From an uncultured Alphaproteobacteria bacterium (GTDB lineage Bacteria > Pseudomonadota > Alphaproteobacteria > Rhizobiales > Beijerinckiaceae), in contig CAWEYC010000039.1 in NCBI GenBank assembly GCA_963813195.1, positions 51,579 to 115,578 of the forward strand: a stretch of 64,000 nucleotides of DNA, in the 5' to 3' direction. Shown here in pieces: positions 41,681-51,203 of the stretch. The notes under the pieces were generated by a model that had not been told where the DNA came from, searched no databases, and saw only the letters and a list, made by a program, of their open reading frames with translations. Position 1 is the stretch's first letter, and the number at the start of each line of letters is the position of its first letter. Made by a program: the position numbers and the translations under genes.

Positions 41681-42759
41681 CCCGCCGCCATCTCCACCCT
41701 TCGTCCCCCGTCATCGAACACATGCACGTCGCGCAGATCCGCGCCGAGCGTGATCGTGTCGCCGGCCCTCGGCGTCTCGCGGCCGCGGATTTCCGCGACG
41801 AGCATCGCGTCGTCGGGGCGGCGAACGTGGGCGAAGGAGGATTCGCCGAGGCGTTCCACGAGTTCGACCGTCCCCCGCGTCGCGAAGGCGGCGGGCGCGC
41901 CGAGGTGTTCGGGCCTGACGCCGACGGTCAGCGCCGCGTCCTCGCGGAGCGCGCCGGCCGGCGCGACGAAGGCGTCGACCGCGGGGCCGGAAATATAAGC
42001 CTGGCCGTCGGCGACGCGGTCGACCTTGGCCTTGAAGAAATTCATCGCCGGCGAGCCGATGAATCCGGCGACGAAGAGATTGGCCGGCGTATAGTAGAGG
42101 TCGAGCGGTTTGCCGACCTGCTCGATGATCCCGTGGTTCATCACGACGATCCGGTCGGCTAGCGTCATCGCCTCGATCTGGTCGTGCGTGACGTAGACCA
42201 TCGTCGCCCCGAGCAGCCGGTGCAGCCGAGCGATCTCGACGCGCGTCGATACGCGCAGCGCGGCGTCGAGATTGGACAGCGGCTCGTCGAACAGGAAGAC
42301 GTCGGGTTCGCGCACGATGGCGCGACCTATGGCGACGCGTTGGCGCTGGCCGCCGGAGAGATCGCGCGGCTGGCGCTGGAGCAGCGGCTCGAGTTTCAAC
42401 ATGCGCGCGGCCTCGGCGACGCGGCGATCCATTTCCGTGCGCTCGACGCCGGTGAACTTGAGACCGAATGTCATGTTCTTGCGGACGTTCATATGGGGGT
42501 AGAGCGCGTAGGACTGGAACACCATGGCGATCTTGCGCTCGGCGGGGGCGAGCGCATTGACGAGCCGGTCGCCGATGTAGATGTCGCCCGAGGTCGGCGC
42601 GTCGAGCCCGGCGATCATGCGCAGCAGGGTCGATTTTCCGCAGCCGGACGGCCCGACCAGCACGAGGAATTCACCGTTGTCGACGCCGAGATCGATATCG
42701 CTGAGAACGCGCGTGTCGCCGTAGGCCTTGGCGAGCTTTTCAATGCGCAGGTTGGCCAT
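41677..42759 (-). CDS. Carbohydrate ABC transporter ATP-binding protein (MalK/MsmK-like)
   Basis: GPSGCGKST, LSGGQRQRVA, FLFDEPLSNLDA, YVTHDQ. Confidence 0.96.
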   Translation of the reverse strand: MANLRIEKLAKAYGDTRVLSDIDLGVDNGEFLVLVGPSGCGKSTLLRMIAGLDAPTSGDIYIGDRLVNALAPAERKIAMVFQSYALYPHMNVRKNMTFGLKFTGVERTEMDRRVAEAARMLKLEPLLQRQPRDLSGGQRQRVAIGRAIVREPDVFLFDEPLSNLDAALRVSTRVEIARLHRLLGATMVYVTHDQIEAMTLADRIVVMNHGIIEQVGKPLDLYYTPANLFVAGFIGSPAMNFFKAKVDRVADGQAYISGPAVDAFVAPAGALREDAALTVGVRPEHLGAPAAFATRGTVELVERLGESSFAHVRRPDDAMLVAEIRGRETPRAGDTITLGADLRDVHVFDDGGRRVEMAAG

Positions 42760-42770
42760 GGAGAGGAACC

Positions 42771-43601
42771 CTATTTCACCGCGCCGGCGGTGAGCCCGCT
42801 GATGAGCTGCCGGGAGAAGATGACGTAAATGGCGATGACCGGCAGGATCGCCATCGACAGGGCCGCGAGCACGGAATTCCAGTCGGTGATGTACTCACCG
42901 AGGAACTGCTGCACGCCGAGCGTGATCGTATGGGTCGAGTCGGACGAGGTGAGGATCAGCGGAAACCACAGATCGTTCCAGATCGGCACGATGGTGAACA
43001 CCGCGACGGTGGCGATGGCGGGACGCAGCAGCGGCGCGATCACCTCGAAGAAGATGCGCGTCTCCGGCACACCGTCGCAGCGGGCCGCGTCGCGCAGGTC
43101 CTTTGGAATCTGCTGGATGAACTCGCTGAGGATGAAGATCGACATCGGCAGTCCTTGCGCGACATAGACGAGGATCAGCGCCGTCAGCGTGTCGTTGAGG
43201 CCGGCCTTGCGCATCATGGTGAGGATCGCGACCGAGCCGAGACGGATCGGCACCATGATGCCGATCGAGAGAAAGAGCGCCAGCGCCGTCGAGCCGCGAA
43301 ACTTGTATTCAGTCAGGGCCCAGCCGGCCATCGCGCCGAACAGCAGCACGAGCCCCATGCTGACGAGGGTGACGATCAGCGAATTGGCGAAATAGGTCCC
43401 GACATGCGAGGCGTGGAACACCTTCAGGTAGCCGATGAGGGAAAATGTGGTCGGGTCCGGCGGCGCGAGCGGCGCCCCGAAGATGGCCCTGCGCGCCTTG
43501 AAGGAGTTCATCACGACAAGCAGGATCGGCCCGACCGCGAGCGCGCTGTAGGCGATGAGGATGACGTGAACGCCGAGGCTCTGCGCGCGATGTTTGAGCA
43601 T
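42771..43601 (-). CDS. Carbohydrate ABC transporter permease
   Basis: EAA-like loop DAARCDG, WNDLWFPL. Confidence 0.93.
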   Translation of the reverse strand: MLKHRAQSLGVHVILIAYSALAVGPILLVVMNSFKARRAIFGAPLAPPDPTTFSLIGYLKVFHASHVGTYFANSLIVTLVSMGLVLLFGAMAGWALTEYKFRGSTALALFLSIGIMVPIRLGSVAILTMMRKAGLNDTLTALILVYVAQGLPMSIFILSEFIQQIPKDLRDAARCDGVPETRIFFEVIAPLLRPAIATVAVFTIVPIWNDLWFPLILTSSDSTHTITLGVQQFLGEYITDWNSVLAALSMAILPVIAIYVIFSRQLISGLTAGAVK

Positions 43602-43609
43602 CGTTTTTC

Positions 43610-44560
43610 CTAGAATGCATAGCGCTGCAGGCGGCGCTGCACGACGAAGAGATAGAGGCAGACGCCGACGAGAATGATGAAGAACATCACCGTCGCCACC
43701 GCCGCCCCCATCGTCGGATTGCCGAGCTGCAACTGAAAGCCGAAGAACGTGCGGTAGAAGAACGTGCCGAGAATGTCGGAGGCGAAATTCGGCCCGGCGA
43801 GCGCGCCCTTGACGGAGTAGATGAGATCGAACGCGTTGAAGTTGCCGACGAAGGTGAGGATCGAGACGAGGCCGATGGTCGGCGCCACCAATGGCAGCTT
43901 GATGTGGAGGAAGATGCGGAAGTGCCCAAGCCCGTCGACGCGCGCGGCGTCGACGAGCTCGTCGGGGATGTTGAGCAGCGCCGCGTAGATCAGCATCATG
44001 GGAATGCCGACGAATTGCCAGACGGAGATCAGCGCCAGGGTGACGAGCGCCGTCGAAGGCAGGCCGAGCCAGGGCGCAAACCAGGCGCCGAGCCCGACGC
44101 TCTTGAGCGCGCCTTCGGCCACCCCCCAGAGCGGCGAAAGGATGAGGTTCCAGGCGAAGCCGACGATGACCACCGACAGCATGGTCGGCAGGAAAATAAC
44201 GGTGCGATAGAGCCCCTTCAGCTTTAGGCCGGGCAGGCTCAGCAAACCCGCCAGCGCGATGCCGATCGGATTTTGCACCAGCATATGAACTGCGAAGAAG
44301 AGCAGGTTGTTCTTCGCCGCGTTCCAGAATGGCGTCGACCAGACTGCGTCCGTCAGGAGCGTCACGAAATTGGTGAGACCGACGAAGTGGTAAGCGCCGG
44401 AACTGTCGGTCGAATAGGTCGACAGTCCCATGGTCGCGAGCAGCGGGTAGATCGAAAACAGCGTGTACACGGCGAGGGCGGGCCCGAGAAACAGCGCCAT
44501 GAGCGCGAAGAACCGCCCGCGCGGCATCGAGGCGACGACTTGGGATAAGGGTTCGGCCAT
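43610..44560 (-). CDS. Carbohydrate ABC transporter permease
   Basis: IPDELVDAARVDG EAA loop, FNAFDLIY. Confidence 0.93.
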   Translation of the reverse strand: MAEPLSQVVASMPRGRFFALMALFLGPALAVYTLFSIYPLLATMGLSTYSTDSSGAYHFVGLTNFVTLLTDAVWSTPFWNAAKNNLLFFAVHMLVQNPIGIALAGLLSLPGLKLKGLYRTVIFLPTMLSVVIVGFAWNLILSPLWGVAEGALKSVGLGAWFAPWLGLPSTALVTLALISVWQFVGIPMMLIYAALLNIPDELVDAARVDGLGHFRIFLHIKLPLVAPTIGLVSILTFVGNFNAFDLIYSVKGALAGPNFASDILGTFFYRTFFGFQLQLGNPTMGAAVATVMFFIILVGVCLYLFVVQRRLQRYAF

Positions 44561-44643
44561 CGTTCGTTTCGTCGGATAAGAGAAGAGCGAGCGTCGCCGT
44601 ATTCGCCGGCCGCCGTCAAGCGGTCCTGTTCGGCAAGAGAGTA

Positions 44644-44667
44644 CGCCCTCCGCTCGGGCGGAGGGCG
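44644..44667 (-). terminator. GC-rich stem-loop between solute-binding and permease genes (attenuator/stabiliser)
   Basis: cgccctccgc-tcgg-gcggagggcg perfect 10-bp stem. Confidence 0.5.
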
Positions 44668-44682
44668 CATTCGTTCAGAGCG

Positions 44683-45942
44683 TCACTTGGCGGGGTGGTA
44701 CCATTTGTCCAGGCCGTCCTGCAGCTGCTTGCCGGCGGCGTCGGGCTTCAGCGTGCCGTTGATGACCTGCGCCGAGACGTTCCAGAGTTCGTTCTCGAGA
44801 TTCGGCGTTCCGCGGTTCAGGATCTGATAGGAGTTGCGGATGGTCGACTTGCAGTCCTTCCGCCACCCGACCATCTCCGCCGCGAGAGGGTCCTTGATCG
44901 TCACCGGCGCATTGCTGAGCGGGAAGAACCCCGGCAGAGCGTTGGCGTAGAGGGTCGCGAATTCCGGCGTCGTCAGCCATTCCAAGAACTTCTTTGCGTC
45001 TTCCTTGTTCTTCGAGGCCGAGTTGACCCCCATGCCGATATCCACGTGGTCGGAGATGTAGCACTGGCTCTGACCGGCCGGCAGGGGCGGCGGGAACGCG
45101 CCCATCGGGAATTGCGCCTGACTGCGGAAGGTCGAAATGTCCCACGATCCCGCGGGATAGATTGCCGCCTTGCCGAGCGAGAACAGGTTCTGGCTGTCGG
45201 GGTATTTCTGAGCCTGGAAGCCGGAGCCCATGTAGGGCGCCCACGAAGCGAGCTCCTTGAACACGGCGACATAGCTCGGGTCGGAGTATTTCTCTTTTCC
45301 GGCGATCAGGGCGAGGCGGCCGGTCTCTCCGTTCCAGTAGTCGGGGCCAATGTTCTGGAAGCCCATTGTCGCGGCCTCCCACTGGTCGGCCGTGCCGAGG
45401 TCGATCGGCGTGTAGGTGCCGTCCTTCTTCAGCTTGTCGAGAATGGCGTGGAACTCGGCCATCGTTTTGGGCTCTTGGGCGCCGATCTTCTTGAAGGCGT
45501 CCTTGTTGTAGATGAATCCGTGGATCACGGACGCCATCGGCACGCAGAAGGTGACCTTGCCGTCGTCGGTCGACCAGGCGGCCTTGGCCACGTTGGAGAA
45601 GCCATCCATGCCTTTGAGGTCGTTGAGGGCGTCGAGCTGGTGCTTCTGGTACAGCTGGAGGGACGCGTCAAACGGCCGGCAGGTGATGAGGTCGCCCGCA
45701 GTGCCGCCGTCGAGGCGGGCGTTCAGCGCGGCGTTGTAATCGGCCGGCGCCAAGGGCGCGAATTCGACCTTGATGTCGGGGTAATGCTTGTTGAAGGCAG
45801 GAATGATCGTGTTGTTCCAGATGTCGGCGTCGTCGTTGCGCCAACTCTCGATTTTCAGCGTTCCCGCTTGGGCCGCCGCGAGGCCGGTCAGCAGCGCAGC
45901 GAGCGCCACCCCGCTTCGCACAATGGAAGTCGCATAGTTCAT
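44683..45942 (-). CDS. Carbohydrate ABC transporter substrate-binding protein
   Basis: Signal peptide (AAAQA), FNKHYPDIKV, GFIYNKDAFKK. Confidence 0.92.
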   Translation of the reverse strand: MNYATSIVRSGVALAALLTGLAAAQAGTLKIESWRNDDADIWNNTIIPAFNKHYPDIKVEFAPLAPADYNAALNARLDGGTAGDLITCRPFDASLQLYQKHQLDALNDLKGMDGFSNVAKAAWSTDDGKVTFCVPMASVIHGFIYNKDAFKKIGAQEPKTMAEFHAILDKLKKDGTYTPIDLGTADQWEAATMGFQNIGPDYWNGETGRLALIAGKEKYSDPSYVAVFKELASWAPYMGSGFQAQKYPDSQNLFSLGKAAIYPAGSWDISTFRSQAQFPMGAFPPPLPAGQSQCYISDHVDIGMGVNSASKNKEDAKKFLEWLTTPEFATLYANALPGFFPLSNAPVTIKDPLAAEMVGWRKDCKSTIRNSYQILNRGTPNLENELWNVSAQVINGTLKPDAAGKQLQDGLDKWYHPAK

Positions 45943-45966
45943 CGCTCACTCCTCCGATGCCGGGCG

Positions 45967-46866
45967 TCATGCCCGGGTTTGAAATTCTCCGCCTCGGTCG
46001 CCCGTCGCGCGCGCGAGCGCCGTCTCCAGATCGCCCTCGCAGGCGGCGACGAGCGCTTTGGCTGCTGGCGCGTCGAGCCGGCTGGCCGCGACAACCACCG
46101 CCGCTTTGACGTCGTAGTTGGTCGCGTCGAGCGCCGCCGCCGCCGTCCCGCCGTCCACCTCGCTCAAGCACTCCACGATGCCGCGCGCGCGGGCGCGCAG
46201 CTTGGCGTTCTCGGGTCGCAGATTGACCATCAAGCCGCGGTGCACGTGGCCGAGCTTGGCGCAGGCCAGCGTCGAAATCACGCCGAGCGCGGCCTTTTGC
46301 GCGGTTCCCGCGCCGAGCCGCGTCGAACCGTCGATCGCCTCCGGGCCAGTTTCGAGCAACACGCCGACGTCGGCGCCATCGAGCAGCGGCGCGCCGGCTC
46401 GGCAGGCGATGGCGACGACGCGGGCGCCGCGGGCCTTGGCGGCGCGCGCTCCGGCGACGGTGAAGGGAGTCGAGCCGCTTGCGGAAACCGCGATGACGAG
46501 ATCGTTGGCGCAGGGTTCGAGCGCTTCGATCGCGCGCCGCGCGGCGGCTTCGTCGTCTTCGCCCGCGCTGTCGACGAGCGATCCGGGGGCGGCGCCGCTG
46601 GGCGCAACGAAGGCGAGGCGCGCGGCGTCGAGGCCGAAGGTGCCTGGCAGTTCCGCGCCGTCCTGCATCGCGAGGCAGCCTGAAGCGCCGGCGCCGAGAT
46701 AAATCAGTCGACCGCCCGCGCGCAGCGCCGCGGCCGCCTCGGCGGCGGCGGCGTGCAGCCTATCGGCGACTTCCGCAACGCGCTGAACGGCGCGAACCTG
46801 GTCGTCGACAAGGGCCTTGAGCAGTGAGTGGTCGTCGCGCGGGGCGCGGTCAAGCGTCGCGTTCAA
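45967..46866 (-). CDS. murQ: N-acetylmuramic acid 6-phosphate etherase-like SIS protein
   Basis: GRLIYLGAGASG, ELPGTFG, SASGSTPF, GSTRLGAGTAQK, GLMVNL. Confidence 0.82.
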   Translation of the reverse strand: MNATLDRAPRDDHSLLKALVDDQVRAVQRVAEVADRLHAAAAEAAAALRAGGRLIYLGAGASGCLAMQDGAELPGTFGLDAARLAFVAPSGAAPGSLVDSAGEDDEAAARRAIEALEPCANDLVIAVSASGSTPFTVAGARAAKARGARVVAIACRAGAPLLDGADVGVLLETGPEAIDGSTRLGAGTAQKAALGVISTLACAKLGHVHRGLMVNLRPENAKLRARARGIVECLSEVDGGTAAAALDATNYDVKAAVVVAASRLDAPAAKALVAACEGDLETALARATGDRGGEFQTRA

Positions 46867-47020
46867 TGCTCCCCCCTCGGCCTGTGCGCGTTCGGCAACG
46901 GCATACCACTAGATACCTCTTGTTTTCGATCATTAACTAAATGTATACCTCTTGTCTAGGGGCGAGACGCGCCCGCTGCCGTTTTGCTGCAGGGCGGCGC
47001 GTCGGGGCCGGAGGATGAGC

Positions 47021-47791
47021 ATGAATGAGCTTCGCCAGGCGCGACCTGAGCGGGGACCGCTTTTCGAGGCGGTCGGAGCGACGCTGAAGCGGGAAATCGC
47101 CTCCGGACGCTTCGCCGGCGCCGACGTCCTGCCGGGCGAGCGGGAATTGTCTGAGATCTTGCGCGTCTCGCGCACGACTCTTCGGCGCGCCATCGCCAGC
47201 CTGGTCGAAGAGGGCGTGCTGTTCCATCGCCACGGCGCCGGCACCTTCGTGCGGCGCAACGCTCCGCATGTCGAGCAGCCGCTTTCCCGATTGACGAGTT
47301 TCACCGAGGATATGCGCTCGCGCGGGTTTGCCGCGTCCTCGCGCGAGATCGAGCGCGGCCTGTTTCTGCCGACGCCCGAGGAGGCGATGATGCTCGGCGT
47401 CAGTCCGCGCGACAGCGTATTTCGTCTCGCCCGTCTGCGCCTCGCCGACGGCGTTCCGATGGCGATCGAACGGGCGGTGGTGCCGGCCCGCTTCATCAGC
47501 GACGCGGCGCATGTCGGCGACTCCCTTTACGCCGCGCTCGACGGCGAGGGCTGGCGGCCGGTCAGGGCGCTGCAGCGGCTGCGGGCGGTGGTGCTCGGCG
47601 CGGTCGACGCGGCATTGCTCGACGTTCCCGAAGGCTCGGCTGCGCTCGACATCCATCGTATCGCTTACCTCGCGGACGGGCGTTGCGTCGAATATACGCG
47701 ATCGTTCTATCGGTCGGACACTTACGATTTCGTCGCCGAGTTGACGCTCTCGCCAAGCGCGCTCGCCGGACACAGCGAGGGGACAGCGTAA
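47021..47791 (+). CDS. GntR/HutC-family regulator with UTRA domain (NagR-like)
   Basis: LPGERELSEILRVSRTTLRRAI, GAGTFV, LTSFTEDM, YRSDTYDF. Confidence 0.92.
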   Translation: MNELRQARPERGPLFEAVGATLKREIASGRFAGADVLPGERELSEILRVSRTTLRRAIASLVEEGVLFHRHGAGTFVRRNAPHVEQPLSRLTSFTEDMRSRGFAASSREIERGLFLPTPEEAMMLGVSPRDSVFRLARLRLADGVPMAIERAVVPARFISDAAHVGDSLYAALDGEGWRPVRALQRLRAVVLGAVDAALLDVPEGSAALDIHRIAYLADGRCVEYTRSFYRSDTYDFVAELTLSPSALAGHSEGTA

Positions 47792-48819
47792 TGAGCCAGA
47801 CTTTTATGGCGGCCGAGATCAACGACGCCGGCAAAGCCGTGGCGCGCCAACTCGTGGCCAACGCCACGCCGACGGCCGCCGTCGCCGCGGCCTTGCGCGC
47901 CCGGGATCCGCAGGTGGTCGTGACGATCGCGCGCGGCAGTTCCGATCACGCCGCGCTCTACTTGAAGCATCTCGTCGAGTTGCGGCTCGGTCTCGTCTGC
48001 GCTTCGCTTGGTCCGTCGGTCGCCTCGCTCTATCGCGCGCCGCTGCGCCTCCGGGACGCTGTCGCAGTTACGATTTCCCAATCCGGCCGCAGTCCCGACA
48101 TCCTTGCGATGCAGAGCGCCGCGCGCGAGGCGGGGGCCTTCACGGTCGCGCTTGTCAATGACGCGGGCTCGCCCGCGGCGCTCGAGGCCGACGCGCTGCT
48201 GCCCCTGCACGCGGGCGAAGAGCGTTCGGTGGCGGCGACGAAGACGATGATCGCCTCGCTCGTCGACGGCGCCTCGCTCGTCGCGCATTGGTCCGGCGAC
48301 GCCGATTTGCGCGCCGCGCTCGACGATTTGCCGGCCCTTCTCGACGCCAATTCGGCTCCCGCGCCCGAAGAGCTCGTGTCCAAGATCGCCGCGACGCGCT
48401 CGCTCTATGTGCTCGGGCGGGGCGCCACGCTGGCGATCGCGGCGGAGGCCGCGCTCAAGCTCAAGGAGACGAGCGCGATCCACGCCGAAGCGTTCTCTTC
48501 CGCCGAAGTTCTGCACGGGCCGGCCGGTGTGATCACGCCGGGCTTTCCCGTGATCGCCTTCGTGCCCGCGGACGCGGCGCGCGCCGGCATGCTGGAGACG
48601 ATCGAGCGTCTAGCCTCGTTTGGCGCCGCGCCGCTCCTCGTCGACGTCGAGCCGCATCCGTTCTGGCCGACCTTGATCGCGCCCGCTTCAGGACACACGC
48701 TGCTGACGCCGATCCTGGCGCTGCATACGTTCTACCGCCTCGCCGAGGCGACGGCGCGCCGCCGCGGACGTGATCCCGACACGCCGCCGAATCTGATGAA
48801 AGTCACCCGCACGGTTTGA
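47791..48819 (+). CDS. SIS-domain sugar-phosphate isomerase/deaminase (GlmS C-terminal/NagB-II-like)
   Basis: ARGSSDHAA, ISQSGRSPD, SVAATKT, EAALKLKE, EVLHGP, KVTRTV. Confidence 0.9.
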   Translation: MSQTFMAAEINDAGKAVARQLVANATPTAAVAAALRARDPQVVVTIARGSSDHAALYLKHLVELRLGLVCASLGPSVASLYRAPLRLRDAVAVTISQSGRSPDILAMQSAAREAGAFTVALVNDAGSPAALEADALLPLHAGEERSVAATKTMIASLVDGASLVAHWSGDADLRAALDDLPALLDANSAPAPEELVSKIAATRSLYVLGRGATLAIAAEAALKLKETSAIHAEAFSSAEVLHGPAGVITPGFPVIAFVPADAARAGMLETIERLASFGAAPLLVDVEPHPFWPTLIAPASGHTLLTPILALHTFYRLAEATARRRGRDPDTPPNLMKVTRTV

Positions 48820-48835
48820 CGAGGAGAGGGATGGG

Positions 48836-49942
48836 ATGAGCGAAACACCGGAATTGTCGACGCGCGGGCGCAAGTCGCGCGTGCTGGTGGTCGGCCTGGG
48901 AACGATGGGAATGAGTCATGCGCGCGCTTATCGCGCCATTGAGGGCTTCGATCTCGCCGGCCTGTGCACCCGCAACGCCGCGGCGCGCGGCGACCTCGAT
49001 GCAGAATTCGCTGGCGTGCCTCGGTTCGACGACCTCGCGACCGCGCTCGCCGCGCTGAAGCCCGACGCGGTTGCGATCGCGTCATATACCGAATTTCATG
49101 CGTCGATGGCGCTGCAGGCGATCGAGGCCGGCGCGCACGTATTTTGCGAGAAGCCGCTCGCCGACACGCTGAAGGCGGCCGAGAAGATCGTCGCTGCGGC
49201 GCGCGCCGCCAAGCGCGCGCTGCTGGTCGGCTATATCCTGCGCGTTCACCCCTCGTGGACGCGCTTCGTGGAGATCGGCCGCACGCTGGGCAAACCGCTT
49301 GCCATGCGCATGAACCTCAACCAGCAATCGTCCGGCTCGTTCTGGAACGTGCACAAGGCCCTCATGCGCTCCACCTCGCCGATCATCGATTGCGGGGTGC
49401 ATTACGTCGATATCATGTGTCAGGTCACCCGGTCGCGGCCGGTCGCGGTGCACGCAGTCGGCGCGCGGCTGACCGACGAGATCGCGCCCACGATGTACAA
49501 TTATGGCCATCTGCACATCGCTTTCGAGGACGGCTCGGTCGGCTGGTACGAAGCAGGGTGGGGCCCGATGATGAGCGAGACCGCCTTTTTCGTAAAGGAT
49601 ATGATCGGACCGAAGGGCTGCGTCTCGATCGTCGCCAAGGAGCCGGCGGCGGGCGACGCGACGCATTCGGCCGATCATGATACGCACACCCGCACCAACG
49701 CCTTGCGCATCCATCATGCCGCGCTTGACGCCGCCGGCGCTTTCGCGCACCCCGACGAGGTCCTCTCCACCGAGGAGGAGCCGGGGCACCAGGAGCTCTG
49801 CGAGCGCGAGCAGCGCCTTTTCCTTCGCGCCATTCGCGGCGAAGTCGATTTGACCGAGCATCTCGAGGACGCGCTCAATTCCCTGCGCATCGTATTCGCC
49901 GCCGACGAGAGCGTGCGCACCGGAGAAGTCGTGCGCTTGTGA
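48836..49942 (+). CDS. Gfo/Idh/MocA-family oxidoreductase
   Basis: VGLGTMG, HVFCEKPLA, DCGVHYVD. Confidence 0.9.
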   Translation: MSETPELSTRGRKSRVLVVGLGTMGMSHARAYRAIEGFDLAGLCTRNAAARGDLDAEFAGVPRFDDLATALAALKPDAVAIASYTEFHASMALQAIEAGAHVFCEKPLADTLKAAEKIVAAARAAKRALLVGYILRVHPSWTRFVEIGRTLGKPLAMRMNLNQQSSGSFWNVHKALMRSTSPIIDCGVHYVDIMCQVTRSRPVAVHAVGARLTDEIAPTMYNYGHLHIAFEDGSVGWYEAGWGPMMSETAFFVKDMIGPKGCVSIVAKEPAAGDATHSADHDTHTRTNALRIHHAALDAAGAFAHPDEVLSTEEEPGHQELCEREQRLFLRAIRGEVDLTEHLEDALNSLRIVFAADESVRTGEVVRL

Positions 49943-49957
49943 GGCGGCGCCGCCGTT

Positions 49958-50032
49958 CCTTCCCCCCTCGCGGGTGTCAGGCGAACGTTTCGTTCGCCGA
50001 GAGGTGGGGGCCGAAGGCCGACGGATAAGGGG
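49958..50032. repeat. Intergenic palindromic repeat, family B copy 2
   Basis: Reverse complement contains ccacctctcggcgaacgaaacgttcgcctgacacccgc, one mismatch from copy 1. Confidence 0.7.
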
Positions 50033-50162
50033 CCGCGCCGAAGGCGCTTGTTAGCATCATCCCGGTCCCGCTGGACAGCCGCGCCTTGCGGCTTGCACAG
50101 ATGTCGTGTCCGCTGGCCTTCGTGCTATCCATTGGCGACAGGCGGTTCAGGAGAGGCTTGCG

Positions 50163-51167
50163 ATGAGGATCTGTGTGGTCGGCGCCGGGGCGATCGGAGG
50201 TCTGCTCGCCGCCCGATTGGCGCGGGCCGGCGAGGTGGTCTCGGTGGTGGCGCGCGGCGCCCATCTCGAAGCGATCCGGAAGGATGGGCTTCGTCTCACC
50301 GACGAGCATGGCGGAGGGTTCGCGGTTGAGGTTGCGACAACCGACAAGATCAGAGAGGTCGGCGCACAGGACTGTGTGATTCTGGCCGTGAAGGCGCATC
50401 AGGTGGCGGCCGTCGCCGCCGATATTCCCGCGCTTCTCGGCCGCGACGCGACGATCGTCACCGCGCAGAACGGCATTCCGTGGTGGTATTTCTTCAAGCA
50501 CGGCGGCGAACACGAGGGCCGGCGGCTCGAGACCGTCGATCCCGGCGGGGTGATCGCGGCCCATCTGCCGGTCGAGCGCGTCATCGGCAGCGTCGTCTAC
50601 GCGGCGGCCGAGATCGTCGCGCCTGGGGTGATCAAACACTCAGAAGGCAATCGGTTTTCCCTGGGTGAGATCGATGATTCGAGCACGCCGCGAGTGGCGG
50701 CTCTGTCCGAGGCGCTGATGCGGGCCGGCTTCAAGGCGCCGGTCGTCACGGACATTCGCAATGAGATCTGGATGAAACTGTGGGGCAACCTCTGCTTCAA
50801 TCCGGTCAGCGCGCTGACCCACGCCACTCTCGAAGATATTTGCCATTATCCGCCGACGCGCGAACTCATTGCGCGGATGATGAAAGAGGCGCAAGCGATC
50901 GGCGAGGCGTTGGGCGTGCGGTTTCGCCTCTCGATCGACAAGCGCATCGCAGGGACGGAGGCGGTCGGCCGACACAAGACTTCGATGTTGCAAGACATCG
51001 AGGCTGGGCGCGCGATCGAGGCCGACGCGTTGCTCGGCTCGGTGCTCGAACTCAGCCGCCTTACCGGCGTGGCTGCGCCGAGCCTGGAAATCGTCTACGC
51101 GCTGGTCAAACTCACTGCTAAGATGCTGCTTGAGCAGAACGGCAGGCTCGCGATTGAACCTTTGTGA
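50163..51167 (+). CDS. Ketopantoate reductase-family protein (PanE2 / oxalyl-CoA reductase-like)
   Basis: VVGAGAIGG, AQNGIPWWYF, WMKLWGN, TSMLQD...E. Confidence 0.88.
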   Translation: MRICVVGAGAIGGLLAARLARAGEVVSVVARGAHLEAIRKDGLRLTDEHGGGFAVEVATTDKIREVGAQDCVILAVKAHQVAAVAADIPALLGRDATIVTAQNGIPWWYFFKHGGEHEGRRLETVDPGGVIAAHLPVERVIGSVVYAAAEIVAPGVIKHSEGNRFSLGEIDDSSTPRVAALSEALMRAGFKAPVVTDIRNEIWMKLWGNLCFNPVSALTHATLEDICHYPPTRELIARMMKEAQAIGEALGVRFRLSIDKRIAGTEAVGRHKTSMLQDIEAGRAIEADALLGSVLELSRLTGVAAPSLEIVYALVKLTAKMLLEQNGRLAIEPL

Positions 51168-51203
51168 GCGACCCAGACTTACATCTCTCGGACGGAGAAC
51201 GCC

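Noticed and set aside
44695-46683. 662-aa plus-strand ORF
   Set aside because: Antisense to the solute-binding protein and murQ.
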